Source of the DNA: Opitutales bacterium
Lineage (GTDB): Bacteria; Verrucomicrobiota; Verrucomicrobiia; Opitutales; UBA953
Direction of reading: 5' to 3'
DNA length: 20,101 bases
Assembly (NCBI GenBank): GCA_040398005.1
Contig: JBBAUX010000003.1
Location: 138,400-158,500, forward strand
Part shown: piece by piece, positions 10,071 to 19,352 of the stretch
Position numbering within the stretch: position 1 is the stretch's first letter
Layout of the letters: every line of letters begins with the position of its first letter
Made by a program: the position numbers and the translations under genes
Notes under the pieces: generated by a model
The model's input: only the letters and a program-made list of their open reading frames with translations
Database searches by the model: none
Told to the model about the DNA's origin: nothing

Positions 10071-10861
10071 TTTCGGGCCGCTTTCCAAATACGCAGACAA
10101 GATTCCACTAAGGCGGGGAATTCTGCTAAAGGTACTTGGCTCGGTCCGTCAGAAATCGCTTTCGTTGGATCGGGATGGGTTTCCATAAACAATCCATCAG
10201 CACCGGCCGCTAAGGCTGCTTTAGCTAAAACCGAAACATACTCGCGTTGACCGCCTGAAGCTCCGCCCGCCGCACCCGGTAATTGCACGGCATGCGTAGC
10301 ATCCATGATTGTAGGGTAACCGTAGCTCGCCATGATTGGGAAAGATCTCATATCCACTACAAGGTTTTGATAGCCAAAGGTGGTTCCACGATCCGTCTGC
10401 CAAATTTCGGCTGCGTTCGCTCCCTTTAATTTATCGACCACAAATTTCATTTCAAACGGTGAAAGAAATTGTCCTTTTTTAACATTCACCACTTTGCCGG
10501 TTTTGGCGGCGGCCACGAGTAAGTCGGTCTGACGACACATGAAGGCCGGAATTTGGAGTACATCAACGACCTTGCCCACAGGCGCACAGTGCTCAGGTCC
10601 ATGGATATCTGTTAAAGTAGCAAAACCATAATCTTTTTTTACCAGTTTTAGTAATTCTAACCCAGCTTCCATTCCGGGACCACGGTCGCCACCCAACGAA
10701 GTGCGGTTGGCCTTATCATAAGAACCTTTGAAAATAATATTTAATTCTGGGAAGCGGATAGATAGCGCCTTCAGCTCTTTCGCTACGGTGCGACAATTGG
10801 ATTCTGATTCTAACGAACAAGGCCCGGCGATTAAGAGTAGTCTACGCTTATCGTGTAACAT
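10067..10861 (-). CDS. kdsA: 3-deoxy-D-manno-octulosonate 8-phosphate synthase (likely metal-dependent class)
   Basis: [41 protein letters not shown]. Cys in AGPC is typical of metal-dependent KDO8P synthases. Confidence 0.96.
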   Translation of the reverse strand: MLHDKRRLLLIAGPCSLESESNCRTVAKELKALSIRFPELNIIFKGSYDKANRTSLGGDRGPGMEAGLELLKLVKKDYGFATLTDIHGPEHCAPVGKVVDVLQIPAFMCRQTDLLVAAAKTGKVVNVKKGQFLSPFEMKFVVDKLKGANAAEIWQTDRGTTFGYQNLVVDMRSFPIMASYGYPTIMDATHAVQLPGAAGGASGGQREYVSVLAKAALAAGADGLFMETHPDPTKAISDGPSQVPLAEFPALVESCLRIWKAARN

Positions 10862-10906
10862 AATAAGGAATTAGACAAAAAATTAGACCGAGGGCGAGCC
10901 GTATCC

Positions 10907-12634
10907 TTACTGGCGACCCAACCACTTTAAAACTTCGGGCAGTGAACGCGTATTAAAAACGCTTTCTTTGGTTAACCAACCCTTGCGGGCAATCCGCACA
11001 CCATGCGCCGCAAAGCCTAATTGTTCAATGTCGTGAGCGTCTGGATTAATCGAGGTTAGCACGCCCTTTTCGGAGGCTCGACGCCACCAACGCCAATCGA
11101 GATCCAATCTCCATGGGTTAGCGTTTAATTCAATGATGGTATCATTCGCCGCAGCGGCATCGATAATCTTGGCGATATCCACTTCGTAAGGTTCACGTTT
11201 ATTAAGCAAGCGGCCAGTCAAGTGACCCACCATATCTACGTGTTCATTCTCGATCGCTTTAATAATCCGCTTCGTTTGCTCCTCTTTATCTAAGGTGAAT
11301 AGGTTGTGTACTGAAGCCACTACGAAGTCGAGTTTACCCAAAACCTCATCGGTAAAATCAAGTGATCCATCGCGCATAATGTCCACCTCGCTACCACTTA
11401 AAACCCTCACCTTAAATTTACCCGACTGATTTAATTTGTTAATTTCTTCAATCTGTTGGGCGAGGCGACTTTCATCTAAGCCTCTAGCCTGAAAACTCGA
11501 TTTAGAGTGGTCGGAAATTCCTAAATAACTCCAACCAAATTTTTCCGCTGCGGCAGCCATTTGTTCAAGAGTGTGATCACCGTCCGAAGCCGTCGTATGA
11601 TTATGGAAAACTCCTTTGATATCCTCAAGGGCCACGAGCCTGGGGAGATTATTCTTTTCCGACTCCTCTATTTCCCCAGCGCCTTCACGCAACTCGGGCG
11701 GAATCCATTTTAATCCCAGAGCCTTGAAAACTTCTTCTTCGTTTTTAGCACCCGGAGCTTTTTGTTTTTCATCCACCGACTTAAAGCCCCACTCGCTCAT
11801 ACTTAAGCCCTGAGACAGAGCTCTTTGACGCATCGCTACATTGTGTTCTTTGGATCCGGTAAAGTGATGAAGGGCAAAATAAAATTGCTCTTCAGGGACC
11901 ACGCGAAGATCGGCCTGGATTCCATTTTCTAAACGCACACTCGATTTCGTTTCTCCATGGGCAGTCACTTCTTTAACGCCAGGATAATTCACAAACCAAT
12001 CCATAATCGGTTTGGGTTCAGACGAAGCTACTAAGAAATCTAAGTCTCCCACCGTTTCGCGAGAGCGACGAAGTGAGCCTGCAGATTCGGCTAGTTTTAC
12101 TTGGGGTAGGTTTTTTAGTCCGGCTAAAATCGGTTCGGCGATTTCGGCCGCATCAGCCCAGCGATGTCTTTTTCCATAAGCGATTCTATTTTTAATTCCT
12201 TCTAAAATGTTAGTCTGCGTTTTGGCGCCAAACCCCTTGAGCTCGGCGACCTGTCCACTGTCACAAACTTCTTTTAGTTTCTCGATTGTTTCGACTTGGA
12301 GTTGAACCCACAGCGCACGCACCTTTTTTGGTCCCAAGCCCGGGATTTGAATAACTTCTAACAATCCAGGTGGAATACTCGCTTTTAATTTTTGGTAAAA
12401 AGGTAAGACGCCGTCGCGGCGTAAGGTGGTTATCTTATCGACCAAAGCTTCGCCCATTCCTGGTATTTCCGATAGTTTATCCGTTTTAATTAACTCATCT
12501 AAATCTTCCGTGAGTGTTTCGAGAATACGCGCACCATTGGAGTACGCACGAATCTTAAACGGATTTTCGCCCGTTAGCTCGAGCAAAGTGGCGATTTCAT
12601 CTAAGACCGAGGCGATGGCAGATTTTTCCATCAT
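10907..12634 (-). CDS. polX: DNA polymerase X with C-terminal PHP exonuclease domain
   Basis: ENPFKIRAY N-terminal domain, HhH motifs, AGSLRR..ETVGDLD, DLR and HFTGSKEHN, followed by PHP motifs HNH, SDG, SDHS, EVD, SVH, GHLTGR and PDAH. Confidence 0.95.
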   Translation of the reverse strand: MMEKSAIASVLDEIATLLELTGENPFKIRAYSNGARILETLTEDLDELIKTDKLSEIPGMGEALVDKITTLRRDGVLPFYQKLKASIPPGLLEVIQIPGLGPKKVRALWVQLQVETIEKLKEVCDSGQVAELKGFGAKTQTNILEGIKNRIAYGKRHRWADAAEIAEPILAGLKNLPQVKLAESAGSLRRSRETVGDLDFLVASSEPKPIMDWFVNYPGVKEVTAHGETKSSVRLENGIQADLRVVPEEQFYFALHHFTGSKEHNVAMRQRALSQGLSMSEWGFKSVDEKQKAPGAKNEEEVFKALGLKWIPPELREGAGEIEESEKNNLPRLVALEDIKGVFHNHTTASDGDHTLEQMAAAAEKFGWSYLGISDHSKSSFQARGLDESRLAQQIEEINKLNQSGKFKVRVLSGSEVDIMRDGSLDFTDEVLGKLDFVVASVHNLFTLDKEEQTKRIIKAIENEHVDMVGHLTGRLLNKREPYEVDIAKIIDAAAANDTIIELNANPWRLDLDWRWWRRASEKGVLTSINPDAHDIEQLGFAAHGVRIARKGWLTKESVFNTRSLPEVLKWLGRQ

Positions 12635-13224
12635 ACCCGACTTTTTTTCTCCTGCAGATAAATTTTGTTCAGTTCCAAAAAATCAGCTTCCTTGGGACCA
12701 CTCTCAATCACGTGTTGATAATGACCTGCGTGCTCCAATTCATATTCGGAAGCAGCGACGCGGCGATCGATTTCATCTTCAGGGTCTGTACCGCGGCCCG
12801 TAAGGCGACGACGTAGTTCAACTGGATCCGTTACTCTGACGAAAACCGTGACGAGCGATTCCGCTAAGGTCTTGTCGCTTTCCGCTTGATTGCGAATCGA
12901 GGCAGCACCCTGCACGTCGACATTTAGTAGTGCATCGTATCCTGCACTTAGATGCTTAGCGATGTCCGCTTTGCGACATCCATAGAGATTATTATGTACG
13001 ACGGCTTTCTCTAAAAATTTTCCGGCGGCGAATTGCGCTTCGAACTCCTGACGGGTTAAGAAATAATAATCTTCGCCGTCAATTTCTCCTACCCGTGGCG
13101 GGCGAGTCGTACAGGTGATCACGCGATGGATAAATTGGGGGTATGATTCCGTTAGGCGCATACACAACGTTGTCTTCCCGCTGCCAGCAGGGCCAGAGAC
13201 GACAATTAAAAGTGGGCGGTTCAC
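12631..13224 (-). CDS. gmk: Guanylate kinase
   Basis: SGPAGSGKTT P-loop, TTRPPRVGEIDGEDYYF, YG, DVQGA; GTG start. Confidence 0.93.
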   Translation of the reverse strand: MNRPLLIVVSGPAGSGKTTLCMRLTESYPQFIHRVITCTTRPPRVGEIDGEDYYFLTRQEFEAQFAAGKFLEKAVVHNNLYGCRKADIAKHLSAGYDALLNVDVQGAASIRNQAESDKTLAESLVTVFVRVTDPVELRRRLTGRGTDPEDEIDRRVAASEYELEHAGHYQHVIESGPKEADFLELNKIYLQEKKSRV

Positions 13225-13751
13225 GGAATAAATTTAATTTGCAGGAGACAGGCCAAGCCGGTGATGAAAAAAATACTGCCGAGGACTTTGGTGCGGATCG
13301 GTTTTTCTAAAACCCAATCACACTGTTTATTAAAGGCGACGGGTGACATCGCCCACCACAATCCTAATATGACTAAAAAAACATAACTCACGGTGGCGTC
13401 TAATAAACTGTAGGGCAATTGACGATAGCCCGCGTCAAGAGTTTGGCGGGCGGTAAAAAGCATGATAACGCCTAAGGCGCGGACTGATAAAAAGTCGGGC
13501 ATCGTAAAATAAGCTAAAAGTCCAGCAGCCACAAAAACATATACCACTATGTCTCGTGGAAGGCCTGCAAGATCAGGCTCAGGTAAATGCAGAAGCTGAA
13601 AACCGAACCAAGCTACCGCAGTAATTAAAAGAAAAATGGTAGCAAACTTGTCGCGACGAAATGATTTTAAAATAGGCGCAGACGAATAAACCAACCAACC
13701 AGACAGTAGAAGGATAGCGGCTAAAATGAGATAAGCTTGAGCAAGGGACAC
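13221..13751 (-). CDS. Hypothetical integral membrane protein (176 aa, about 5-6 TM segments)
   Basis: Multiple hydrophobic segments; stop overlaps the gmk start (GTGA); has its own promoter-like element upstream. Confidence 0.8.
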   Translation of the reverse strand: MSLAQAYLILAAILLLSGWLVYSSAPILKSFRRDKFATIFLLITAVAWFGFQLLHLPEPDLAGLPRDIVVYVFVAAGLLAYFTMPDFLSVRALGVIMLFTARQTLDAGYRQLPYSLLDATVSYVFLVILGLWWAMSPVAFNKQCDWVLEKPIRTKVLGSIFFITGLACLLQIKFIP

Positions 13752-13757
13752 GGCGGG

Positions 13758-13787
13758 AGATTAGCAGAAACAAGGCCTCGGGTGCAA
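13758..13787 (-). promoter_or_regulatory. Internal promoter, probably giving a leaderless mRNA for the membrane protein-gmk-polX unit
   Basis: Minus strand: TTGCAC (13782-13787), 18-nt spacer ending in TGC, TAATCT (13758-13763; extended -10 TGnTAATCT), then 6 nt to the GTG at 13751. Confidence 0.6.
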
Positions 13788-13796
13788 CCAAGGAGG

Positions 13797-14804
13797 TTAA
13801 TTCCGAGAAAGAATTTGGTCCCGCGCCCAACACGCATGTTCGGACACCATCGGATCGGCATGGTTTACTAATCGAGCTATGGCTTCAAGATCTCCTGGCG
13901 TTCCGGTGTTCCCCATCACAGTTAATGCATTTCTCCACCACCTTAATAAGCCTAAGCGTTTCACGGGCGTACCCTTAAATTGGTTTAAAAAATCTTCCTC
14001 ACTCCATGACAGTGTTTCTTTGAGAATCGGCTGAGGACGGGCTTTAAATTTATTTTCTTTTGTTTCCTTGGCCCATTTATTCCACGGACAAACGTCAAGG
14101 CAGTCATCACAACCAAATATTCTGTTACCGAGCGGCTTGCGATACTCCACGGGAATCGGGCCTTTATGCTCGATCGTTAAGTAGGCTAAGCATTTTCGTG
14201 CATCTAATTTATAGGGTGCAATAATCGCAGAGGTAGGGCAGGCGGTAATACACCTCGTGCAAGTTCCACACCGATTAATCGCAGGCGAAGACGATTCTAA
14301 TTCTAGCGTCGTTATAATAATTCCTAAAAACAACCAGGTTCCAAATTCGGGCTGTAAGACGATGGTGCTTTTTCCCTGCCAACCTAAGCCCGCCGCCACG
14401 GCCAACGGTTTTTCTAAGACGGGTCCGGTGTCGACATAAGGTTTTTGCGCGCCACCCAACAATCGCATAACCGTACAAAGCTTCCTTAGTTTTTTCGTAA
14501 TAATATTATGATAATCCTGACCGAGCGCGTATTTCGCGATTTGGTAATCGGGGTTGGGTTGTGGCTGATAATAATTCAATCCCACCACAATAATACTTCG
14601 TGCTTCAGGTAAAACTCGGGTCACTTCTGTTCTCCGTTCGGTATCTTTTGCCATCCATTCCATTTCGCCGTGCATGCCATCAGCGATCCATTTTTTGAAG
14701 TAGTCTGCCTGCACATTGGCCTCAATCGGAGCGACGCCAAAGACATCAAACCCCAATGATAAGGCCTCGGCCCGCAGGTTTTCCCGCAGTGCTTTTGCGT
14801 CCAT
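13797..14804 (-). CDS. queG: tRNA epoxyqueuosine(34) reductase
   Basis: YALGQDYH, VDTGPVLEK, GLGWQGK, two Fe-S motifs CGTCTRCITACP and GCDDCLDVCPWN, HEAT-like C-terminus. Confidence 0.95.
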   Translation of the reverse strand: MDAKALRENLRAEALSLGFDVFGVAPIEANVQADYFKKWIADGMHGEMEWMAKDTERRTEVTRVLPEARSIIVVGLNYYQPQPNPDYQIAKYALGQDYHNIITKKLRKLCTVMRLLGGAQKPYVDTGPVLEKPLAVAAGLGWQGKSTIVLQPEFGTWLFLGIIITTLELESSSPAINRCGTCTRCITACPTSAIIAPYKLDARKCLAYLTIEHKGPIPVEYRKPLGNRIFGCDDCLDVCPWNKWAKETKENKFKARPQPILKETLSWSEEDFLNQFKGTPVKRLGLLRWWRNALTVMGNTGTPGDLEAIARLVNHADPMVSEHACWARDQILSRN

Positions 14805-14807
14805 AAA

Positions 14808-15356
14808 CTATCCTAAAATTGATAAAACTCGGCTAATAATTTCGTCCACCGGCGCGAGTTTGCCATTCCCTTCATAACCACAAGCCAACATTCCTTCCAC
14901 TGGGTCGACCATGACATGTCCACGTGCTTTTAGGATTTTAATATTAGCTTGGGTGGCTGCGTGTTCATACATTTTTCCGTTCATCGCGGGAGCCAAGACC
15001 ACCGGACAGCGAGTGGCTAAATAAATAGAGGTGAGTAAATCAGGGGCCAAGCCGTGAGCAAATTCGGCTAGGACGTTTGCCGACAGTGGAGCAACGAGAA
15101 GCAAATCGGCAGAATCGGCGATTTCAATGTGACCCGGTACTGAAGTTTTTCCTTCTTCCCAAATATCAACCCCGACAGGATTTTTGGATAAAACCTGCAA
15201 AGTCATCGGAGTTATAAATTGGGTAGCCCCTTTGGTCATAACCACCTGCACATCTGCTCCATATTTAATCAGCTGGGACGTAAGATCGACGGCTTTGTAG
15301 GCCGCGATCGAGCCAGTAACACCGAGCACAATACGTTTGCCTGCTAAATGAGACAT
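14808..15356 (-). CDS. coaC: Phosphopantothenoylcysteine decarboxylase (standalone CoaC, HFCD flavoprotein, 182 aa)
   Basis: GVTGSIAAYK, catalytic His (GHIEIA), PAMN, and the LACGYEGNG substrate clamp; no CoaB domain. Start MSHLAGK at 15356. Confidence 0.87.
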   Translation of the reverse strand: MSHLAGKRIVLGVTGSIAAYKAVDLTSQLIKYGADVQVVMTKGATQFITPMTLQVLSKNPVGVDIWEEGKTSVPGHIEIADSADLLLVAPLSANVLAEFAHGLAPDLLTSIYLATRCPVVLAPAMNGKMYEHAATQANIKILKARGHVMVDPVEGMLACGYEGNGKLAPVDEIISRVLSILG

Positions 15357-15362
15357 AGCGTC

Positions 15363-15368
15363 ATTATA
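15363..15368 (-). promoter_or_regulatory. Perfect -10 box TATAAT 6 nt upstream of the coaC ATG (leaderless-type)
   Basis: Minus strand reads ...ttattTATAATgacgctATG; no Shine-Dalgarno sequence and no clear -35. Confidence 0.6.
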
Positions 15369-15494
15369 AATAAGACAGTTTAGGCCGAAGCGAGGGGAAA
15401 GGGGTTGGCGGTGACGATTTTCCCTCAAAAACACTCAAAAAAGGTCTTTTCTGGTTTGCCATCGGGGGTCCCGAAGATTGCGATGGGGTCACTT

Positions 15495-16991
15495 ATGCAA
15501 TCCGACATTGGTCTCATTGGTCTGGCCGTCATGGGTCAGAATCTCGCCCTTAACATCGCGGACCACGGTTTCGCGATTTCTGTCTACAATCGTACGACCG
15601 CTAAAACGGACGAGTTTGTAAAAGAAAATCCTAACACTCCCGGTAAACTTACTGGTAGTGTGACGATGAAAGACTTCGCCGCTTCTTTAAAGAAGCCACG
15701 CAAAGCCGTCATCCTCGTTAAGGCCGGCGCTCCGACCGACGCCGTAATCAACGAGCTCGCTTCATTTTTTGAAAAAGATGACATCATCATCGACGGCGGT
15801 AATGCTCTTTGGACCGACACGATTCGCCGTGAACGCGAACTTAAAGCAAAAGGTCTTCGCTTTATCGGATCCGGTGTATCCGGCGGCGAAGAAGGTGCAC
15901 GCTTCGGTCCATCCTTAATGCCCGGCGGCGATGTTAAAGCCTGGGAAGAATTAAAACCTATTTGGGAAGCGGTTGCTTCTAAAGTAGACGCTCAAACGGG
16001 CGTTGAACTCACCGGCGCAAAACCTGGTAAGCCAATCAAAGGTGGCGTTCCTTGTGTTGCCCACATCGGTACGGATGGTGCCGGCCACTACGTGAAGATG
16101 GTTCACAACGGTATCGAGTACGGTGATATGCAAATGATTTGTGAAGCCTACGACTTAATGCGCGGTCTCCTTGGTATGACCCCTGATGAAATTGGTGCCG
16201 TATTTGAAGAATGGAATAAGGGTGATTTAAATTCGTTCCTGATCGAAATCACCGCAAAAGTTTTGAAGCAAAAAGATCCGGAGACTGGCGTACCTTTAGT
16301 AGACGTTATCCTTGATACCGCCGGACAAAAAGGAACCGGTAAATGGACCAGCGCTAATGCACTCGATATGGGTGTGGCCGCTCCAACCATTGCTGAAGCG
16401 GTTTTCGCCCGCTGCTTATCCGCCGTGAAAGAAGAACGGGTGGCCGCTGCTAAAGCCCTGCGTGGACCTAAGCGCGCGATGACCAATCCTGATAAAGCTA
16501 AAGTCATCGAACAAATTCGTGACGCCCTTTATTGCTCCAAGATTTGTTCTTACTCCCAAGGCTTCCAATTAATGCGCGAAGCACAAAAAGAATATAATTG
16601 GAAACTTAACTTTGGTGAAATCGCCCAAATCTGGCGCGGTGGTTGCATCATTCGTGCAAGCTTCTTACAAAAAATCACTGAAGCGTTTGGTAAGAAATCT
16701 AAATTAGCGAATCTCCTCCTCGATCCTTACTTCAAGAAGACCGTGAAGAAGGCGCAGAAGAATTGGCGCAAGGTAATTTCGTTGGCCGTAAAGCATGGCA
16801 TTCCAGTTCCTACTTTAGGCTCTTCCTTATCTTATTTCGATTCCTACCGCACGGAGCGCTTGCCACAAAATCTATTACAAGGACAACGTGACTTCTTCGG
16901 CGCTCACACTTACGAGCGTACCGACAAGCCACGTGGCGAGTTCTTCCACATCGATTGGCCAGATCCTAAGCGCCCTCAAATTAAAGCTTAA
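15495..16991 (+). CDS. gnd: 6-phosphogluconate dehydrogenase, NADP-dependent, decarboxylating
   Basis: [63 protein letters not shown]. Start MQSDIG at 15495. Confidence 0.97.
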   Translation: MQSDIGLIGLAVMGQNLALNIADHGFAISVYNRTTAKTDEFVKENPNTPGKLTGSVTMKDFAASLKKPRKAVILVKAGAPTDAVINELASFFEKDDIIIDGGNALWTDTIRRERELKAKGLRFIGSGVSGGEEGARFGPSLMPGGDVKAWEELKPIWEAVASKVDAQTGVELTGAKPGKPIKGGVPCVAHIGTDGAGHYVKMVHNGIEYGDMQMICEAYDLMRGLLGMTPDEIGAVFEEWNKGDLNSFLIEITAKVLKQKDPETGVPLVDVILDTAGQKGTGKWTSANALDMGVAAPTIAEAVFARCLSAVKEERVAAAKALRGPKRAMTNPDKAKVIEQIRDALYCSKICSYSQGFQLMREAQKEYNWKLNFGEIAQIWRGGCIIRASFLQKITEAFGKKSKLANLLLDPYFKKTVKKAQKNWRKVISLAVKHGIPVPTLGSSLSYFDSYRTERLPQNLLQGQRDFFGAHTYERTDKPRGEFFHIDWPDPKRPQIKA

Positions 16992-17002
16992 ACGCTTTAA
17001 AT

Positions 17003-17030
17003 AAAAGCCCCAAGAAACTGGGGCTTTTTT
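17003..17030. terminator. Bidirectional intrinsic terminator between convergent gnd and the efflux operon
   Basis: AAAAGCCCCA-agaaac-TGGGGCTTTT(TT): GC stem with A and T tracts on both sides, 11 nt after the gnd stop and abutting the outer-membrane factor stop. Confidence 0.88.
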
Positions 17031-18429
17031 ATTTCTTCCAACCACCACCCGTGGCGGCGGCGAGGCGAACCGTAGCCTGACAGATTTCAAGTTCTAACTC
17101 CGCATGAGTGCGACGGGCTAAAGCGAGATCACGTTTGGCAATCACTACTTCACGTTCATCAGCCACACCTGCAGTGTAGCGCGTTTTGGCATTCTCTAAT
17201 CTTTGGGTCACGGCTTCTAAAACTCTTTCGGCTAATTTAACTTCGTCTTCCAATTCACGAATATCGACGAGGGTTATTTCAACTTCGCGAAACGCATTGA
17301 GAACAGCCTTGCGCCATTCAGCTCCGGCTAAATCTATCCGTGAACGCGCCACTTCAAGTTGTGATTCTCTTCGGTCTCCATCGAATAACGGAATATCAAT
17401 GGCAGGCATCAAAGACCAAAAACCTGAAGAGCCTTTACCAATCTTGGAGGCGGGATCGGCTTGCCAACCCAATTGGCCATTAAGAGTCACCGATGGATAA
17501 AAATCGGAACGCGCCACACCTTCGCGAGCCATCGCAGAATCTAATCTCATCGAGGCGGCGGCAAGATCGGGGCGACTTAATAAAAGTTGCGAAGGGATAC
17601 CTGCACTAAAGTTAGGACGGACCTTTTTAATTTTTACTTCAGTTGAAATCGTTGCCGGGAGCTTTTCGGTTTGAGGTGCGCCAATCAAAGCGCGGAGGGC
17701 CGACTCATAGGCAGCGAGGCGGCGGGCGGCATTCGACATATCTAATTTTGCTTGGGCGGCGGCTAGTTGAGTTGTGGAAAGAGGATCGGTGGAAAGTAAT
17801 CCGGCATTCACCGCTTTCTCGGTGATCTCCATTTCGCGGTATCGCGCCTTAAACTCGTCCGATAAACATTCGGCGTCGATGCGGGCAGATTGAATCGCAA
17901 ACCAGAGTCGGGATACTTCAGCGATTAAAGATACCTTCGCATTTTCTACGCTGTAGCCAGCAGCGACCGCTTCAGCGACCGCTGACTCGGAACTTAATTT
18001 ATTTTTATCCCAAAAATCTATTTCCCAATTTACCTGACCACCCACCGTAAGGGTATCAAATCGACGAGGCATCCCGAAAAAGTTTCTGCCCGACTCATTT
18101 GATGTCCGATTCGATTGATAGGAAGCCTGCGCATCAACTCGTGGAAGGAGTTGAGCATTCACCGCCGCCACACTTGCGCGGGCTTCTCGCCAGTGAGCTT
18201 GGGCAATAGCCAAATCAGGATTAGCCTTAAGTGCTCTCTCTATTAAGGCATCGAGGTTCGAATCTTTAAAAGACTTCCACCATTGGGCGTCAGAAACCTT
18301 ACCTTCCGATATCTTATAGGAAAACTCACTGACTGGTGTCAGTCCATCTGGACGCACCGCTGCCTCATGGGCACACCCCGCTAAGAGTAGAGCGGATATA
18401 ATTAAAAACTTTTTATTTAGCCGCTTCAT
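17029..18429 (-). CDS. Outer-membrane efflux factor lipoprotein (NodT/OprM/TolC family)
   Basis: Lipobox LAGC after the start MKRLNKK (18429); WWKSFKD..L..LI..AL..NPDL, WEIDFW, PSQLL..RPDL, FYP, AFREVE and terminal GGGW motifs. Confidence 0.92.
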   Translation of the reverse strand: MKRLNKKFLIISALLLAGCAHEAAVRPDGLTPVSEFSYKISEGKVSDAQWWKSFKDSNLDALIERALKANPDLAIAQAHWREARASVAAVNAQLLPRVDAQASYQSNRTSNESGRNFFGMPRRFDTLTVGGQVNWEIDFWDKNKLSSESAVAEAVAAGYSVENAKVSLIAEVSRLWFAIQSARIDAECLSDEFKARYREMEITEKAVNAGLLSTDPLSTTQLAAAQAKLDMSNAARRLAAYESALRALIGAPQTEKLPATISTEVKIKKVRPNFSAGIPSQLLLSRPDLAAASMRLDSAMAREGVARSDFYPSVTLNGQLGWQADPASKIGKGSSGFWSLMPAIDIPLFDGDRRESQLEVARSRIDLAGAEWRKAVLNAFREVEITLVDIRELEDEVKLAERVLEAVTQRLENAKTRYTAGVADEREVVIAKRDLALARRTHAELELEICQATVRLAAATGGGWKK

Positions 18430-19348
18430 TCGAGGGTGAAGATTTTGAAGTCTCAATGTAAACATCCATTTGCTGGCCGACGAAAATATTGTGATCAGCA
18501 GGTCTATCAAACTGGTAAATGACTTGGAGAACACGCGTATCAACACGCTCGACACTCGCACCGGTTAAAGAAACCTTTGGAATGACAAAGGGCTCTATTC
18601 TTAAGAACTTTAACGGGATTGCGCGATCAGTCGCACCCGCTCGCGTGCTTTCTCCCTTGAGATATCCTTTCGCAGGCAAGCCCTCACGCACTCTCGTGGC
18701 TAACTGTTCGTCCACATCACAACGAATTTGTAATTGTTCTATATTACCCAAAATCACCGGGGCTTTCATACCGGCAGCCACAAACTCACCTACCCTTACA
18801 TTCACTTGTAAAACAGTGGCATCGATGGGAGAGCGGATAACTAAACGGTCAATCATGACCTTCAATTGTTCGGCCTGAGCTCGCGCTAAATTTAATTTAG
18901 CGGCAGCCTCTTTGGCGGCCATTTGGTAATTAATTAAATCGGAAGCGCTGACCGCTCCACTGTCTTTAATGCTGGTCCAGCGCTTCGCCTGATCAATAGC
19001 TCGTTCAGCGGCAGACTCAGCTGCGGTGACCGCGGCATTTTGTACTTCGAGCTGCGCATTTAATTCCCGTCCATCTAAAGTGAGCAAAGGCTGACCCGCC
19101 TTAATTTTGTCCCAAACTTTGACATGAACAACTACGACGGTTCCTGAATTAGGTGAACCCACTGAAGTATTTTCAGAGAGGGATTCGACTAAACCAGCAG
19201 CGGAAATTAAACCATTCTTATCTCTCACTGCGGGCTCGTAGGGCGGTGGGGGAATCGCCACTTCGGAGGCTGTGCCTCGAGTTAATTGAAAAGCAGCAAT
19301 CGCACCCGCGATGGCTATGATTATGAGAAGGATGCGTTTTTTGAACAT
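18413..19348 (-). CDS. Membrane fusion / periplasmic adaptor protein (HlyD/DevB-like)
   Basis: N-terminal anchor, lipoyl-like half motifs (SPNSG.V..V.VK..D.IKAGQPL and IRSPIDATV..V.V..GE), helical hairpin, ERVDTRVLQV. Confidence 0.9.
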   Translation of the reverse strand: MFKKRILLIIIAIAGAIAAFQLTRGTASEVAIPPPPYEPAVRDKNGLISAAGLVESLSENTSVGSPNSGTVVVVHVKVWDKIKAGQPLLTLDGRELNAQLEVQNAAVTAAESAAERAIDQAKRWTSIKDSGAVSASDLINYQMAAKEAAAKLNLARAQAEQLKVMIDRLVIRSPIDATVLQVNVRVGEFVAAGMKAPVILGNIEQLQIRCDVDEQLATRVREGLPAKGYLKGESTRAGATDRAIPLKFLRIEPFVIPKVSLTGASVERVDTRVLQVIYQFDRPADHNIFVGQQMDVYIETSKSSPSNEAAK

Positions 19349-19352
19349 GGGA

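Noticed and set aside
10869..10888. Direct repeat AATTAGAC x2 upstream of kdsA
   Set aside because: Only 8 bp and two copies in AT-rich sequence. It could be chance or part of a promoter, so it cannot be supported as an operator.
15357..15494. ORF-track N-terminal extensions making coaC (15434) and gnd (15405) overlap; likewise guaB/menC (7843/7828), the outer-membrane factor (18561), the hypothetical protein (6270) and the Cys-rich peptide (2376)
   Set aside because: Family-like sequence or signal peptides begin at downstream start codons, and the extensions run through promoter regions or neighbouring genes.
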